From an uncultured Candidatus Binatia bacterium (GTDB lineage Bacteria > Desulfobacterota > Binatia > Bin18), in assembly GCA_965214605.1 (NCBI GenBank), contig OZ243961.1, positions 3,456,001 to 3,520,000 on the forward strand: DNA of 64,000 bases, in the 5' to 3' direction. The position numbers were made by a program, and so were the translations under genes. How positions within the stretch are numbered: the first letter of the stretch is position 1; every line of letters starts with the position of its first letter. Under the pieces are notes generated by a model. That model was not told the DNA's origin. It made no database searches and saw only the letters and a list, made by a program, of their open reading frames with translations. This document shows, one piece after another, positions 51,151 to 61,819 of the stretch.

Positions 51151-52218
51151 TCATTTCGAGGGCGCTTTCCAGATCCCCCGATCTTGCATCAGCCTAATCT
51201 GTCTGTCGATGACCTCCGTCTTGTACTCGGCGTGCTTGCCGGGGATGCGGCCGAGATAGCGGTTCTTAGGATAAATGGACTGCTCATAAATAAGCTGGGC
51301 CATCTCGGCCCGGACGTCTTTCAACCAATTCGTCACCTGAGCTGTGGCCCGGTGGTGACGCAGGGCTTCGATGTCGATAACACCTCTTACATATGTCGAG
51401 CCGTTGGTGTCGCGCTGCTTCCCGATAATTGTACCCTTGTAGTCAACGACCATGGATTGGCCGCTGCCGGCGTCGATCGGTGTTTGACTGTCCGGATAGA
51501 GATAATAGCCGCCGATATTGGGCGCCACCACATACATATTGTTTTCCAGCGCGCGGGCCCGGTTGGAGATCTCAAACATGTCGTTTTGGGTGAACGGACC
51601 GGGCAGGGAAGCCCGGTAGACCACCTCGGCTCCGTTCATGGCTAGCCCGCGGCCGTTCTCGGGGTAATTGCCCTCCATCGCCATCATGATCCCCAGCCGC
51701 CCAATCTCAGTGTCAACGACCGGCCAGAAGGCGTCTAGCGTGCGACCGTACTTATCAATCCACCAGTCGAACAAATCGTGTGGCGAGACCGAGCGCTCGC
51801 ACGGCAGCAGGGAAGAGATCTTGTAGTGTTTGAGAAGGAGATCGCCGTTCGGGTCGAGAATAAAGCCGACATTAAAAAACAGGGTTGGCCAGTCTCCGTG
51901 CCGAGCCTTGGCCTGAGCCATGATAAACACCTGCCATTGGCGGGCTAGTTCGGCTAGCTGGTCGGTTTCGGGACCAGGAATATCAATCGCACACGTTCGA
52001 GCGAATTCGGCGTGGTCAACATCCAACACCTCATCGGTAAAACCCTGGAGAGCCCCTTCCGGAATGGCCAACAGACGAACCGGGATATCAAGGTTTGACA
52101 GCCAGAACGCGGCTTTCGTCAGACTTTTAATATGTTCGATGTTTTTCTGCATATCTTCGCGCTTCCGAATACCCCAAAACGTGGGCACTAATCCGACAGC
52201 GTTGTACGGTTCAGTCAT
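51151..52218 (-). CDS. Nitrilase-superfamily carbon-nitrogen hydrolase, catalytic Cys replaced by Ala
   Basis: PEGALQG, FNVGFI, KHYK, RLGIMMAMEGNYPE, NGAEV, RALENNMYVVAPN; GGAGG RBS. Confidence 0.88.
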   Translation of the reverse strand: MTEPYNAVGLVPTFWGIRKREDMQKNIEHIKSLTKAAFWLSNLDIPVRLLAIPEGALQGFTDEVLDVDHAEFARTCAIDIPGPETDQLAELARQWQVFIMAQAKARHGDWPTLFFNVGFILDPNGDLLLKHYKISSLLPCERSVSPHDLFDWWIDKYGRTLDAFWPVVDTEIGRLGIMMAMEGNYPENGRGLAMNGAEVVYRASLPGPFTQNDMFEISNRARALENNMYVVAPNIGGYYLYPDSQTPIDAGSGQSMVVDYKGTIIGKQRDTNGSTYVRGVIDIEALRHHRATAQVTNWLKDVRAEMAQLIYEQSIYPKNRYLGRIPGKHAEYKTEVIDRQIRLMQDRGIWKAPSK

Positions 52219-52512
52219 GCGTATCCTCCCTGTTGGCAGCTCTGAAGATACAAGACTGCTCAGGGCTTGTAAAAGCATGGCGTACGCCATGAGGTGGACG
52301 ATGATGACTGCCTCATCAGAAGGAGACCATCATTCACCTTTCTGGTCATAGCCAAAGGCACCCCTGAGCATACAGATGGAAAAGACACGTAGCTGATCAA
52401 GACCTCCTCATGACCCCCTACTCACCGGGAATCAAGACAGGCTGGCCTCGCGGTTTACCGGAAGATAATGAGGCTGTCCGCCCGCCACTGGAGGTCATCA
52501 AAGGTGGACCAG

Positions 52513-52710
52513 AGAGCTGGGTGGAGATAGACCTCCCGGCTTAACATCCATCGGAGTGTGGCTGGCCGGGGCACCTCAGTTGTCCGGCACTCTATTTCGG
52601 CCAACACCCGTAGAGCTGGGTGGAGATAGACCTCCCGGCTTAACATCCATCGGAGTGTGGCTGGCCGGGGCACCTCAGTTGTCCGGCACTCTATTTCGGC
52701 CAACACCCGT
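52513..52710. repeat. Perfect 99-bp tandem duplication (2 copies)
   Basis: AGAGCTGGGTGGAG...CCAACACCCGT at 52513-52611 and 52612-52710. Confidence 0.95.
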
Positions 52711-52877
52711 CAGGGGTGCAGTACGGCAGCGAGTACTGCCGGACCTACGTAGGACCGGGCAGCACGCCAAAATTAAAGAGTACGCCGGCACCGACAAGGC
52801 GGCTAGGCGCCACTAAGTTGTTGGTGTTGGGTCCGTGCCAAGAGGCTATACCGACTGAACGGAAAATGATCACTTCA

Positions 52878-54029
52878 TCAGGAAGAGATGGGCGTGTATC
52901 TTTCCTGGAGGCCAAACAGCTTAGCCGCATCACCCATCACCATCTGATATACCTCGTCTTCGGGCACGCCGGCAAAGTCCTTGGCAATTTGGCGCTGAGA
53001 CTTCGGAAAGGTGCCCTCGGTATGCGGATGGTCGGCTCCCCACATCAGGCGATCGACGCCCATAAGCTCACGGGTCAGAATCCCCCGGCGCGATCATCTT
53101 CAAACGTCGCCCAGAATTGCCGCTTAAAATAGGTGCTAGGGGGTTCGTCGAGCTTAGGCTGCAGCCAGTGACGATGATCTTCACCACTAGTGATCCATCA
53201 GACGCAGGATGCACGCAATTCCCCCGATTCCCCCTCAGAGATAATGAACTTGAGCCGGGGATGGCGCTGGGGGGGCTCCGCTCCAAATCAGCTCGGTCAA
53301 TGCGTTCATGGGCTGAAACGCCTTCTCGTCCATAAAAGCATACCGGGACCATTCTTGCGCGCTTTGACAACGGTTGAGGCACCGATATCTGCGGCCGTGC
53401 CCGAGTGGGCGACAGCCGGTAATCCGATCTCTTCCAAACGCTTCCACAGTGGCTCGTAGTCCGGATGGATATACGGCTTGGTCAGCACCGCAGCCGGGAT
53501 CATGAATGCCCTGAGGCCGATCTTGGCCGTCCGTTCGGCTTCTTCGGCCGCCCATTCCAGGGGGCCTTGCATGGGCAGCATCGCCGCTCCGAGTAAACGC
53601 TGCGGGGCGTAGGAACAGAACTCGCTGAGCCAGTCGTTGTACACCCGGACGGCGGCGCGCTGATACTCGGCGTTCGCAATGCGGTAGAACATCAGACTCC
53701 ACTGGCCCGGATAGATTATCTCGGCTCGGAGATTCCAGATCCTGATCTTTGAGCCGTCGGCGTGGATCTGAGGCACCTGGGCGGGTCTCTGAGTGACGGG
53801 CAACCGGGGATTCGACTTTGCCCGCAATCTTGCTCTCCAGAGCTGCCCCGTCAAGGCCGACGGTGACCGGATTGAGCCCATCGACAACGTAGAAGTCGAT
53901 CGCCTTGTGGGTTTCGATCTGGGGGGCCCGGTCGCGAAAGCGGAGTGCTATACGGCTGGTCCACGAATCGGCCGGTTCGACCACATGACCATCGGCTGAA
54001 ACGTATCCGCTAGCAAGGCTGCTTGACAT
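52878..54029 (-). pseudogene. Amidohydrolase family protein, frameshifted
   Basis: SADGHVVEP, RLKDQDL / IIYP, YNDWLSEFCS, PLW..H / PSTYFKRQ, LMWGADHPHTEGTFP in three or more frames. Confidence 0.88.
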
Positions 54030-54177
54030 GATGCACGACTCCTTCTTGTGTGAACACTCAATGATCAGCGCAGCTAAAAACTCTCTGTCATCCCAGAGCA
54101 GCGGTCTCTTTTTTGGCAAGATAGCACAAGAGACTGACTCAGACAGCCGACTAGAGCGGCTGGAACGGTTGGGCCAT

Positions 54178-54206
54178 TTGACTCTCTGTGAGCGCCCGGC
54201 TATAGC
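54178..54206 (+). promoter_or_regulatory. Sigma70-type promoter
   Basis: TTGACT-17 nt-TATAGC upstream of the EthD gene. Confidence 0.5.
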
Positions 54207-54256
54207 TCTGCAGTCAGCAAGAAGCGGCTGATGGGGTCAGCCCATGAAGGGAGAAA

Positions 54257-54610
54257 ATGATGGTCAAATTTGTTGCTTGTGTCCGCCGTAAAACGGGAAT
54301 GACAAGGACGGAGTTTCAGGATTACTGGAAAAACACCCACGGCCCACTCGTCCGCAGCGTGCCCGAGTTTTGGGCTTATGTCCGCAGATATGTCCAAGGC
54401 CACACGATGAGTGACTCTGTTCCGGGCTTCCCACCTCAGGACGAGGCCCCGTTCGACGGCATTGCCGAGCTGTGGTTTGACGGCGTCGAAGATATCGACA
54501 AAGCTTTTAGTCATCCCCGCTATCTGGAAATCATTCGGCCGGATGAACTGAAATTTGTCGACTTTGCCAATTCCAGGATCTTTGTTGTCGAGGATACGGA
54601 GATTTCGTGA
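54257..54610 (+). CDS. EthD domain protein
   Basis: RKTGMTRTEFQDYW..HGPL, RRYVQ, FDGIAELWF, PDELKFVD. Confidence 0.9.
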   Translation: MMVKFVACVRRKTGMTRTEFQDYWKNTHGPLVRSVPEFWAYVRRYVQGHTMSDSVPGFPPQDEAPFDGIAELWFDGVEDIDKAFSHPRYLEIIRPDELKFVDFANSRIFVVEDTEIS

Positions 54611-54667
54611 GCGCTAAGCTGGAGCAGGTGACTCCCCGCCCCAGCGGCTCACTTAGGTTCCACAGTC

Positions 54668-55534
54668 CTATAAGCCCAGAATCTCACGCTTCATTGCCGC
54701 CCGAATATGACACGGGCTGCCAGCCATCTCAGAAATCCTCAGATCGGCCGCCACGCTGGCCAGCATTGCCGCTTCGGTCATATCGGCCTCGGTCCGCACA
54801 ACCAGCAGACGGGCCAGTTCGTCCAAGGCCGCCCGCGCCGCTGCTTCAGCCGTCTCGCCGCTGCCCATGGTCTGGACTTCATTCTGGGTGACGACGATCG
54901 GCTGGCTGAGAGGCAGTTCGGTGACGATATGGCAGCGGAGAGTTACTTCTGCAGCGATCTCGACCGCCGAGGCGGTGGCCTCGCCATCACCCATCCTGGC
55001 GTGCACGTCTTCGATGGTCAGCAGCCCGCCCTCAACAAACACCGGCAAAAAGATTGTTGAGCCAATCCCCAGCTGGCTGTTGCTCAGCTGACCGCCGAAA
55101 TCCCCACACGCTCCGCTCGGCTGGGAGCCTGAGGCAGGCGCCAGTCCAATTTTGCTGATATTCGGGATGAATGGCAGGCTCAGGGTGTCGCTGTAGCGAA
55201 TGCGATTGCCCTCAATTGGGACAACTTTTTTCCGAAACTCGACCTGGTCTTTGAGCAGGCCGAAGCCTGGAATTGCCACTATATAGCCAAACCCCTGGGA
55301 GGCTTTGATGTCCAACACTTCCACGGCCAGCACTTGGCCGGGCTGAACGCTCTCAATAAAGACCGGCCCGGTCATGACGGTCAGCTGCTCCATGGGCCAC
55401 TGCCCGCCCTCGTTCCAGTCTCGAAAGCGGTCATTGGTTTCCATCACAAATACTTCCCCAGGCTTAACTGTGGCAGCCGCAGGGTGGTCGGCGTCAAACG
55501 TCCGCACGATATGCTCTTTGCCAATGGTTTGCAT
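54668..55534 (-). CDS. Acetamidase/formamidase family protein
   Basis: TGPVFIE..PG, LPVFVEGGLL, DVHARMGDGE, AVE; AAGGAGG RBS. Confidence 0.9.
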   Translation of the reverse strand: MQTIGKEHIVRTFDADHPAAATVKPGEVFVMETNDRFRDWNEGGQWPMEQLTVMTGPVFIESVQPGQVLAVEVLDIKASQGFGYIVAIPGFGLLKDQVEFRKKVVPIEGNRIRYSDTLSLPFIPNISKIGLAPASGSQPSGACGDFGGQLSNSQLGIGSTIFLPVFVEGGLLTIEDVHARMGDGEATASAVEIAAEVTLRCHIVTELPLSQPIVVTQNEVQTMGSGETAEAAARAALDELARLLVVRTEADMTEAAMLASVAADLRISEMAGSPCHIRAAMKREILGL

Positions 55535-55558
55535 CACAGGCCTCCTTCTCTGTGGCGA

Positions 55559-55978
55559 TTAGTCGGCGATGGCGTCCAGCCCGGCTTGGGAGCAGGCAAT
55601 ATCTTCGTCAACCGTCCCGCCACCGACTCCGATCCCGCCGATTACTTCGCCGCTGACCACGATCGGCAGGCCGCCACCGACCAGGGTCGCACGTGAGAAG
55701 TGAGAGAGGCCGACCACCAGGGACAGATCGTCCTTGATACGGCCGTACAGATCTTTCGTGCCGACGCCGAACAGCGCCGTAAATGCCTTGCGTTGGCAGC
55801 CTTCAATCCCGAGCAGGAGTGCCCCGTCCATACTGGCCAGGGCCTTTAGATTTCCCCCGCTATCGATCACCGCCACGTTCTGTTTGCAGCCCAGTTCCTC
55901 AGCTTTGGCAACCGCCGCGGCCACCATCTTGGCGGCAGTCTCATACGATAACATCTGTCTGGCGTATGTTTTGGCCAT
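55559..55978 (-). CDS. GlcG/HbpS family heme-binding protein
   Basis: AVIDSGG, MDGA, KAFTA, GGGLPI..GGIGVGGG..ED; start reset to MAKTY. Confidence 0.9.
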   Translation of the reverse strand: MAKTYARQMLSYETAAKMVAAAVAKAEELGCKQNVAVIDSGGNLKALASMDGALLLGIEGCQRKAFTALFGVGTKDLYGRIKDDLSLVVGLSHFSRATLVGGGLPIVVSGEVIGGIGVGGGTVDEDIACSQAGLDAIAD

Positions 55979-56146
55979 AGACGTTCCTCCTTTACTGTTA
56001 TAGGGGGGATGATCTCTCTCTGAGTCATCGCCGTTCACCCTTTCCGTACCCCGCTCCTGTGCCAGCGTCAAGCTTGTCCGGATAGCGGTTGGTTTGACAA
56101 AAGCGGCCGAAGCGCAGAATAATTGCCGGTAAACGGGAGATCTGCC

Positions 56147-56767
56147 GTGTTCTGTATTACCGCAATCCAGCACGCTCTGGCTCAGCGCGCCCCAGCCCCG
56201 GATCCGTCTCAACTCGACCGCAACCGGACCGCGGTGGCACTGGTCTTAGCCGGCTCCGAGCCCGACTTACACCTGTGTATGATCCGTCGGGCCGACCGCA
56301 CGGGTGATCCGTGGTCGGGGGATATGGCGCTGCCGGGTGGCCGGGCTGCGCCGGAGGATATCAGTTTACAGGAGACGGCGGAACGGGAGACGTATGAAGA
56401 AGTCGGTCTCGTCCTCGCTCCCACCCACCGGTTGGGAGCACTGGCCGAAATATCGATCCTGCTACGTGGCCGGGACCGGCTGCTGTTCCTAGCACCGTTT
56501 GTGTATTACCTGGGACCGACCCTTGCGCCGTTTACTCCTAACGCCGAGGTCGGAGAGGTCTATTGGATAGCGCTGGCGCATTTGTGGAACGAACACAACG
56601 CCACCTCGCTCAATCTACCGACCCAGGACGTTTCGTTATGGTACCCGGCGATTGGTTACCGTCAGCAGATAGTGTGGGGTATTACTCACCGGGTGTTAAT
56701 GCTCTTTTCGGACGTCATCGGACGTCCCTTACCGCATTTGGAAGCCATCCCGGGCCTTGGTCACTAG
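56147..56767 (+). CDS. NUDIX CoA pyrophosphatase-like protein
   Basis: WSGDMALPGG, AERETYEEVG, NAEV, IVWGITHR. Confidence 0.88.
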   Translation: MFCITAIQHALAQRAPAPDPSQLDRNRTAVALVLAGSEPDLHLCMIRRADRTGDPWSGDMALPGGRAAPEDISLQETAERETYEEVGLVLAPTHRLGALAEISILLRGRDRLLFLAPFVYYLGPTLAPFTPNAEVGEVYWIALAHLWNEHNATSLNLPTQDVSLWYPAIGYRQQIVWGITHRVLMLFSDVIGRPLPHLEAIPGLGH

Positions 56768-56803
56768 GCGGCCTGCGGGGCGGCTATTTGGAGGCAGACA
56801 AAC

Positions 56804-59035
56804 ATGGAGATCGTCGGCTATGCTGACCAATTCAGTGTCGCTCCGGGTGAAACGATTCGTTTTCATGTCAGCTGTAAACAGCAGCGGTACCAGGCCGATA
56901 TCGTGCGTCTAATCCACGGGGATCCCAACCCGCGCGGACCGGGCTTCAAAGAGACACTTGTTCAGACGACGGTAAGCGGCGAGTATCCGGGTCGTGAGCA
57001 GGTGATCCACACCGGCTCACATGTCGTCGTGCCCGATGCGCCTCTGCTGCGCCTGCACGACAGTTTCAGCCTGCAAGCCTGGATCTATCCCACCACACCG
57101 CAGAAAGCCCAACAGGGGATTCTTACCAAATGGTCGGCCGCCGACGGTGGTTATGCTTTAGTCCTTGATGAGGGTGGGGTTTTAGCCTTGTGGGTGACCG
57201 ACCTCCAAGGCCGCAGACAGCAGGTACGGGGTGCTACGCCGCTACGAGCGGGAGAGTGGTATTTTGTGGCGGCGACCTTTGACGCCCAGATCGGGACACT
57301 CGCGATCTACCAGGAGCCGCTGCGCACCTGGCCGCGCGATCCGACCCGGGGGATGGAGACCGCCCCGACCAACATCCGGGCGATACAAACGACGGCGGCC
57401 GATTGTGTGATAGCCGGTATGTGGCAGCCTGGAGCCGACGGGGAGTCCCGGGTTGGACGACATTTTAACGGCAAGATCGACCGCCCACGCGTCTTCCAGC
57501 GGGCTCTGAGTCAGGAAGAACTGGTCTCGCTGCAGCGCGGAGCCTCGCCGCTCACCTTTGGCGACGCTCTCGTTGTTGCCTGGGATTTTTCGGTTGATAT
57601 GGCCTCGTCGACAGTGATAGACACCTCACCCCACGGCTTGCACGGCCGGACGGTCAATATGCCTGCCCGGGCGATGACGGGCTACAATTGGAGTGGACAG
57701 GAAACCCACTTTCGGTATGCCCCGCACGAGTACGGGGCGATTCATTTTCATGATGACGATCTTGAGGACGCCGGCTGGGAGGTGGATTTTGTCTGGACGC
57801 TACCGATCGATCTGAAAAGCGGGGTGTATGCCGCGCGCCTGCGTACTGAAGGGGGCGAGGACCATATTCCGTTTTTTGTGCGTCCACCAAAGGGCAGAGC
57901 CACGGCGGACATCGCCTTCCTCGCTCCCACCAACAGTTATTTGGCCTATGCCAACGAGCAACTCGCCGAGCTGTCGCTGGACCTGTTTCCCAATCAAAAG
58001 AAGGGTGAGCTTGCGCCGGACGACCGCTACCTCAGAGAGAATCGCCTGCTGAGCCTATACGATAGTCATGCCGACGGCAGCGGAGTCTGCTATTCCAGCC
58101 GGTTGCGGCCTATACTCAATATGCGCCCGCGCTACCACATGCAGCTTCTTAGCTCTCCGCACCAGTTTCCCGCCGACTTACACCTGATCGACTGGCTCGA
58201 AGCTAAGAGCCATGCCTATGATGTGATTACCGATGAGAATCTGCACGCTGAGGGGCTGGACCTACTCGCCCCCTACAAGGTCATCATCACTGGCAGTCAT
58301 CCCGAGTACTGGTCCGGGCCGATGCTGGACGCGCTGGAAGCCTATCTGCAAAACGGTGGACGGCTGATGTATCTGGGTGGTAACGGTTTTTATTGGGTTA
58401 CCTCGTTTGCTCCCGGCCGTCCTCACGTTGTTGAGGTCCGGCGTTGGGGCGGGACCCGCAGCTGGCAGGCCAAACCCGGCGAATACCACCACAGCACTAC
58501 CGGAGAACCCGGTGGTTTGTGGCGTGATCGAGGCCGAACGCCCCAGCGCCTAGTCGGCGTTGGCTTCACCACCCAAGGCTTTGATATCAGCGCCCCATAC
58601 CAGCGCCAGTCCGACAGCTTTGATCCGCGCGTGGCGTTTATTTTTGAGGGGATCGGAGCCAAAGAAGCCATCGGCGACTTTGACACTCTAGTCCTCAACT
58701 ACGGGGCGGCCGGTTTTGAGCTGGACCGGGCCGAGCGTTCTCTCGGCACCCCCGCCCACGCCTTGGTCCTCGCCTCCTCGTCCGGCCACTCGGATGCCTA
58801 TCAGCACGTGGTCGAAGAAGTACTCGCGAGCGATTCAAAACAGGGCGGTACGGTTAACCCCAAGGTCCGCGCCGATATGGTGTATTTTGAATACCCCAAG
58901 GGCGGTGCGGTCTTTTCGGCGAGCTCTATCGCCTGGTGCGGAGCCCTCTCTTACAACCAGTATAATAACAATGTGTCGCGGATTACCGATAACGTCTTGC
59001 GCCGATTCGCCGCCCAGGGCCCACTGTCCGAATAA
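56804..59035 (+). CDS. N,N-dimethylformamidase large (beta) subunit family with LamG insertion
   Basis: LIHGDPNPRGPG, IHFHDDDL, SGVYA, YLAYAN, SLYDSHADGSG, GSHPEYWS, YLGGNGFYW, GFELD. Confidence 0.93.
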   Translation: MEIVGYADQFSVAPGETIRFHVSCKQQRYQADIVRLIHGDPNPRGPGFKETLVQTTVSGEYPGREQVIHTGSHVVVPDAPLLRLHDSFSLQAWIYPTTPQKAQQGILTKWSAADGGYALVLDEGGVLALWVTDLQGRRQQVRGATPLRAGEWYFVAATFDAQIGTLAIYQEPLRTWPRDPTRGMETAPTNIRAIQTTAADCVIAGMWQPGADGESRVGRHFNGKIDRPRVFQRALSQEELVSLQRGASPLTFGDALVVAWDFSVDMASSTVIDTSPHGLHGRTVNMPARAMTGYNWSGQETHFRYAPHEYGAIHFHDDDLEDAGWEVDFVWTLPIDLKSGVYAARLRTEGGEDHIPFFVRPPKGRATADIAFLAPTNSYLAYANEQLAELSLDLFPNQKKGELAPDDRYLRENRLLSLYDSHADGSGVCYSSRLRPILNMRPRYHMQLLSSPHQFPADLHLIDWLEAKSHAYDVITDENLHAEGLDLLAPYKVIITGSHPEYWSGPMLDALEAYLQNGGRLMYLGGNGFYWVTSFAPGRPHVVEVRRWGGTRSWQAKPGEYHHSTTGEPGGLWRDRGRTPQRLVGVGFTTQGFDISAPYQRQSDSFDPRVAFIFEGIGAKEAIGDFDTLVLNYGAAGFELDRAERSLGTPAHALVLASSSGHSDAYQHVVEEVLASDSKQGGTVNPKVRADMVYFEYPKGGAVFSASSIAWCGALSYNQYNNNVSRITDNVLRRFAAQGPLSE

Positions 59036-59149
59036 GACGGGAGGGACGTCCCTACATTTTGGCACTGGGCTGTTTCTTGTTGGGCTGCTCGACTCTGCAC
59101 GTGCCCTCAAGCTATCGCCCTCTTTGGTTGGATATGATCCGCCACGGCT

Positions 59150-59575
59150 GAAACCGCACGTCGCTTATTGCTGAGTGGAGTCATTCCGGTCAGGCTGATG
59201 CCGAGGGCTTTGGCGACGAGGCTGGCCGCTTTCTCTAGAGCAGCGCGGGGAGGATTTCTGACCTGTTGGCATCAAGCCAACCGGATGGATTTATGTGGAC
59301 CCCAGATGAGGCGCGGTCGTGCTCGTCGCGATAAAACCATAGGCCCAACTCTGAGGGGCTGAGGTCTTGAGCCATTTGCACAGTTCAATCAGGACAAAGT
59401 TCTCCCACACGGCTCCGGCGAGGGAAAAAGGTGCCGAGGGAATCTGAGCCTACGTTTAAACGAACGAAGCCAGTATCGCCGAAGTATAGCTTCGGGGATT
59501 TCACTGGCCGTTTGCCAATATTGGCAAACGGCTCAAGCTGGATGATTTGGTTGCTGGCCTCAAGCACGGAGAGCT
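59150..59575 (-). pseudogene. AAA+ ATPase / DUF4143 C-terminal remnant
   Basis: LEASNQIIQLEPF.NIGKRPVKSPKLYFGDTG then GAVWENFV in a shifted frame. Confidence 0.65.
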
Positions 59576-59599
59576 ATTGACTGGCTATTGTTTGGGGAA

Positions 59600-60610
59600 G
59601 CTCCGCCCAAAATCTTTGGCTCGCTCGGCCAGCCGGGGCTGATGAGAGGCTGCAGCTTAGGCCGGCAACATTTCGCCGCTCTGTTCAATCGTGATTTCGG
59701 CGGCGTCCAGCTCCAGCTTCTCGACATGGCCGTCTGAGCCTTCGTACATCTGAGCCGCTCAGGTGACAGCGTCTCTTCCCTCAAGCTACAGTTCTGTCTG
59801 GAAGTGGCCGCCGAGTAGGCCAATATACACTGCCTGGCGAAGCGCGGTCCAATAGCCTTCGGTCGGGTAATCACGAGAGGACAGGTCCTCAGAATCGTAG
59901 CCCGCAACGTCTCAAAGCATGCAGGCCGTATCCTCCGCCCGCCCGGACAGTAGGCTAACCATATCAAAGGTCCGGTTGACTGACATCACCCCTCGGTTGC
60001 TGATCCGAGCAACCGTTGGACGCAAACCGCACGCGTTGTTTAAGGCCGCCGGGATGCGGACCGACCCACCCGCGTCGGTGCCTGGGCTGGCCGCTGCCAT
60101 ATGCACGGCCCACCGCCGTGCCTGAGCCCCCGCTGGAGCAGCCTGGAATCTAGCTGCCTAGGAGTTGTGACACGGGCCATGGTGTGAATTGCGCATTGTG
60201 GCGCCAATCGTCCATTCGTACATCTTGCCCAGAATACCGGCTCCGGCCTGTCGTAGTCGGGGCGCGGCCTCAGCGTCTGTTGCCGCGATATTGCCCTGCA
60301 AGAAGCGAATGCCGGCCGCCAGGTGCACGCTGGCAACAGTGTAGTTGTCTTTCAGGGCGATGGGGACGCCGTGTAGAGCGTCTACGGCAGCGTTTTCAGC
60401 CTACGTTCGCTTGGAGGCCGCCTTTGCGGCTGGCCTGGCCTCCTCAGCCATGACCGTGAAGGAGATCCTTAAGCCGGCAGCGAGTGCTTCACCGCCCTAC
60501 CAGAGAGCGGTCACAACAAGTCCGACCGGGGAGAGTTAAGGAGTCTGGGTCAAACCCGCAATATCAGTAATGCCTAGCTGGACGAGGTTCGGATGGTGTT
60601 AGAGCGTCAT
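59600..60610 (-). pseudogene. Amidase-signature family remnant
   Basis: LHGVPIALKDN, GTDAGGSVRIPAA..GLRPT, IGLLGGHF with multiple stops and frameshifts. Confidence 0.8.
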
Positions 60611-60694
60611 CCTTTGCTGTTGCCGTCGTAGTGTTGACGAAAGGCGGCTTTTGTTCAACGCTTGTATCACGTTGAGAGCTGAGGAAGGGTTTTG

Positions 60695-61819
60695 ATGCTC
60701 AGTCGTTTTGTCATTATTGGAGCGGGGATTGCCGGTGCGTCGGTGGGCTATTGGTTATCCCAACACGCATCGGTCCTCGTGCTCGAACGTGAACAACAAC
60801 CGGGCTATCACACCACCGGGCGCTCGGCGGCCATGTTCATCGAAACCTACGGGCCGCCGCTGGTCAGGGCCCTGACGGTTGGCAGCCGGGCGTTCTACGA
60901 AGACCCGCCGGCTGGCTTCAGCGAATCTCCTATTCTGAGCCAACGTGGCTTGCTGCTAATCGGGACTGAGGGCCAGCGCGCTCAGCTCGATGAAGCGTAT
61001 GCAATTGCGCGTGAGGTCGGCTCTGAGGTGGTGCGGCTGTCGCCGGACGAGGCTCGCGACCGGGTACCGGTGCTGCGGACCGACTATATGGCTGGGGCCA
61101 TCTACGAGGCTGCCCCGAGCGATATTGATGTGCATGGCCTGCACCAGGGATTTTTGAGCGGAATCCGCCGCAATGGCGGGCGGGTGCTCACCTCGGCTGA
61201 AGTGACCGGTCTGAGTCGTCAGACCGGCGGCTGGTGGATCGAAACCTCGGCTGGCGACTTTGAGGCTGAGAGTGTGGTCAACGCTACGGGGGCGTGGTGC
61301 GATGAGATTGCTAAGCTGGCCACAGTCCCCCTGATCGGTCTCGTGCCCAAACGGCGTAGTGCCTTTACCTTTGCCCCGCCTGAGCGGCTGGACATCCGTG
61401 CCTGGCCAACAGTTGTCGGGGCTGACGAGGCGTTCTATTTCAAACCCGAGGCGGGGATGTTGCTTGGCTCACCGGCCAATGTCGACCCGACCTTTCCCCA
61501 CGATGTGCGGCCCGAAGAACTCGATATTGCGACCGGCATTGCCCGTATTGAGGCGGCGACCAACCTGCGCATCCGCCGCCCAGCCCGAACCTGGGCCGGC
61601 CTGCGCTCCTTTGTGGCCGATGGTGAGTTAATCGGTGGTTTTGATCCTGGTGCCCCAGGCTTTTTCTGGCTGGCCGGGCAGGGCGGCTACGGCATCCAGA
61701 CTGCGGCAGCTATGGGCCAGGCATGCAGTGCCATCCTGCTCGGCCAGCCGTTTCCCGAACCGCTTGTGAAGCTCGGTGTTTCCGCTACCGAGCTTTCTCC
61801 ACAACGTTTGCGTGGCTAG
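60695..61819 (+). CDS. FAD-dependent D-amino acid dehydrogenase family (DauA-like)
   Basis: IGAGIAG, YHTTGRSAA, WAGLRSF, GQGGYGIQT. Confidence 0.9.
   Translation: MLSRFVIIGAGIAGASVGYWLSQHASVLVLEREQQPGYHTTGRSAAMFIETYGPPLVRALTVGSRAFYEDPPAGFSESPILSQRGLLLIGTEGQRAQLDEAYAIAREVGSEVVRLSPDEARDRVPVLRTDYMAGAIYEAAPSDIDVHGLHQGFLSGIRRNGGRVLTSAEVTGLSRQTGGWWIETSAGDFEAESVVNATGAWCDEIAKLATVPLIGLVPKRRSAFTFAPPERLDIRAWPTVVGADEAFYFKPEAGMLLGSPANVDPTFPHDVRPEELDIATGIARIEAATNLRIRRPARTWAGLRSFVADGELIGGFDPGAPGFFWLAGQGGYGIQTAAAMGQACSAILLGQPFPEPLVKLGVSATELSPQRLRG

Noticed and set aside
52513-52710. CRISPR array
   Set aside because: Only two 99-bp units, no spacers and no cas genes.
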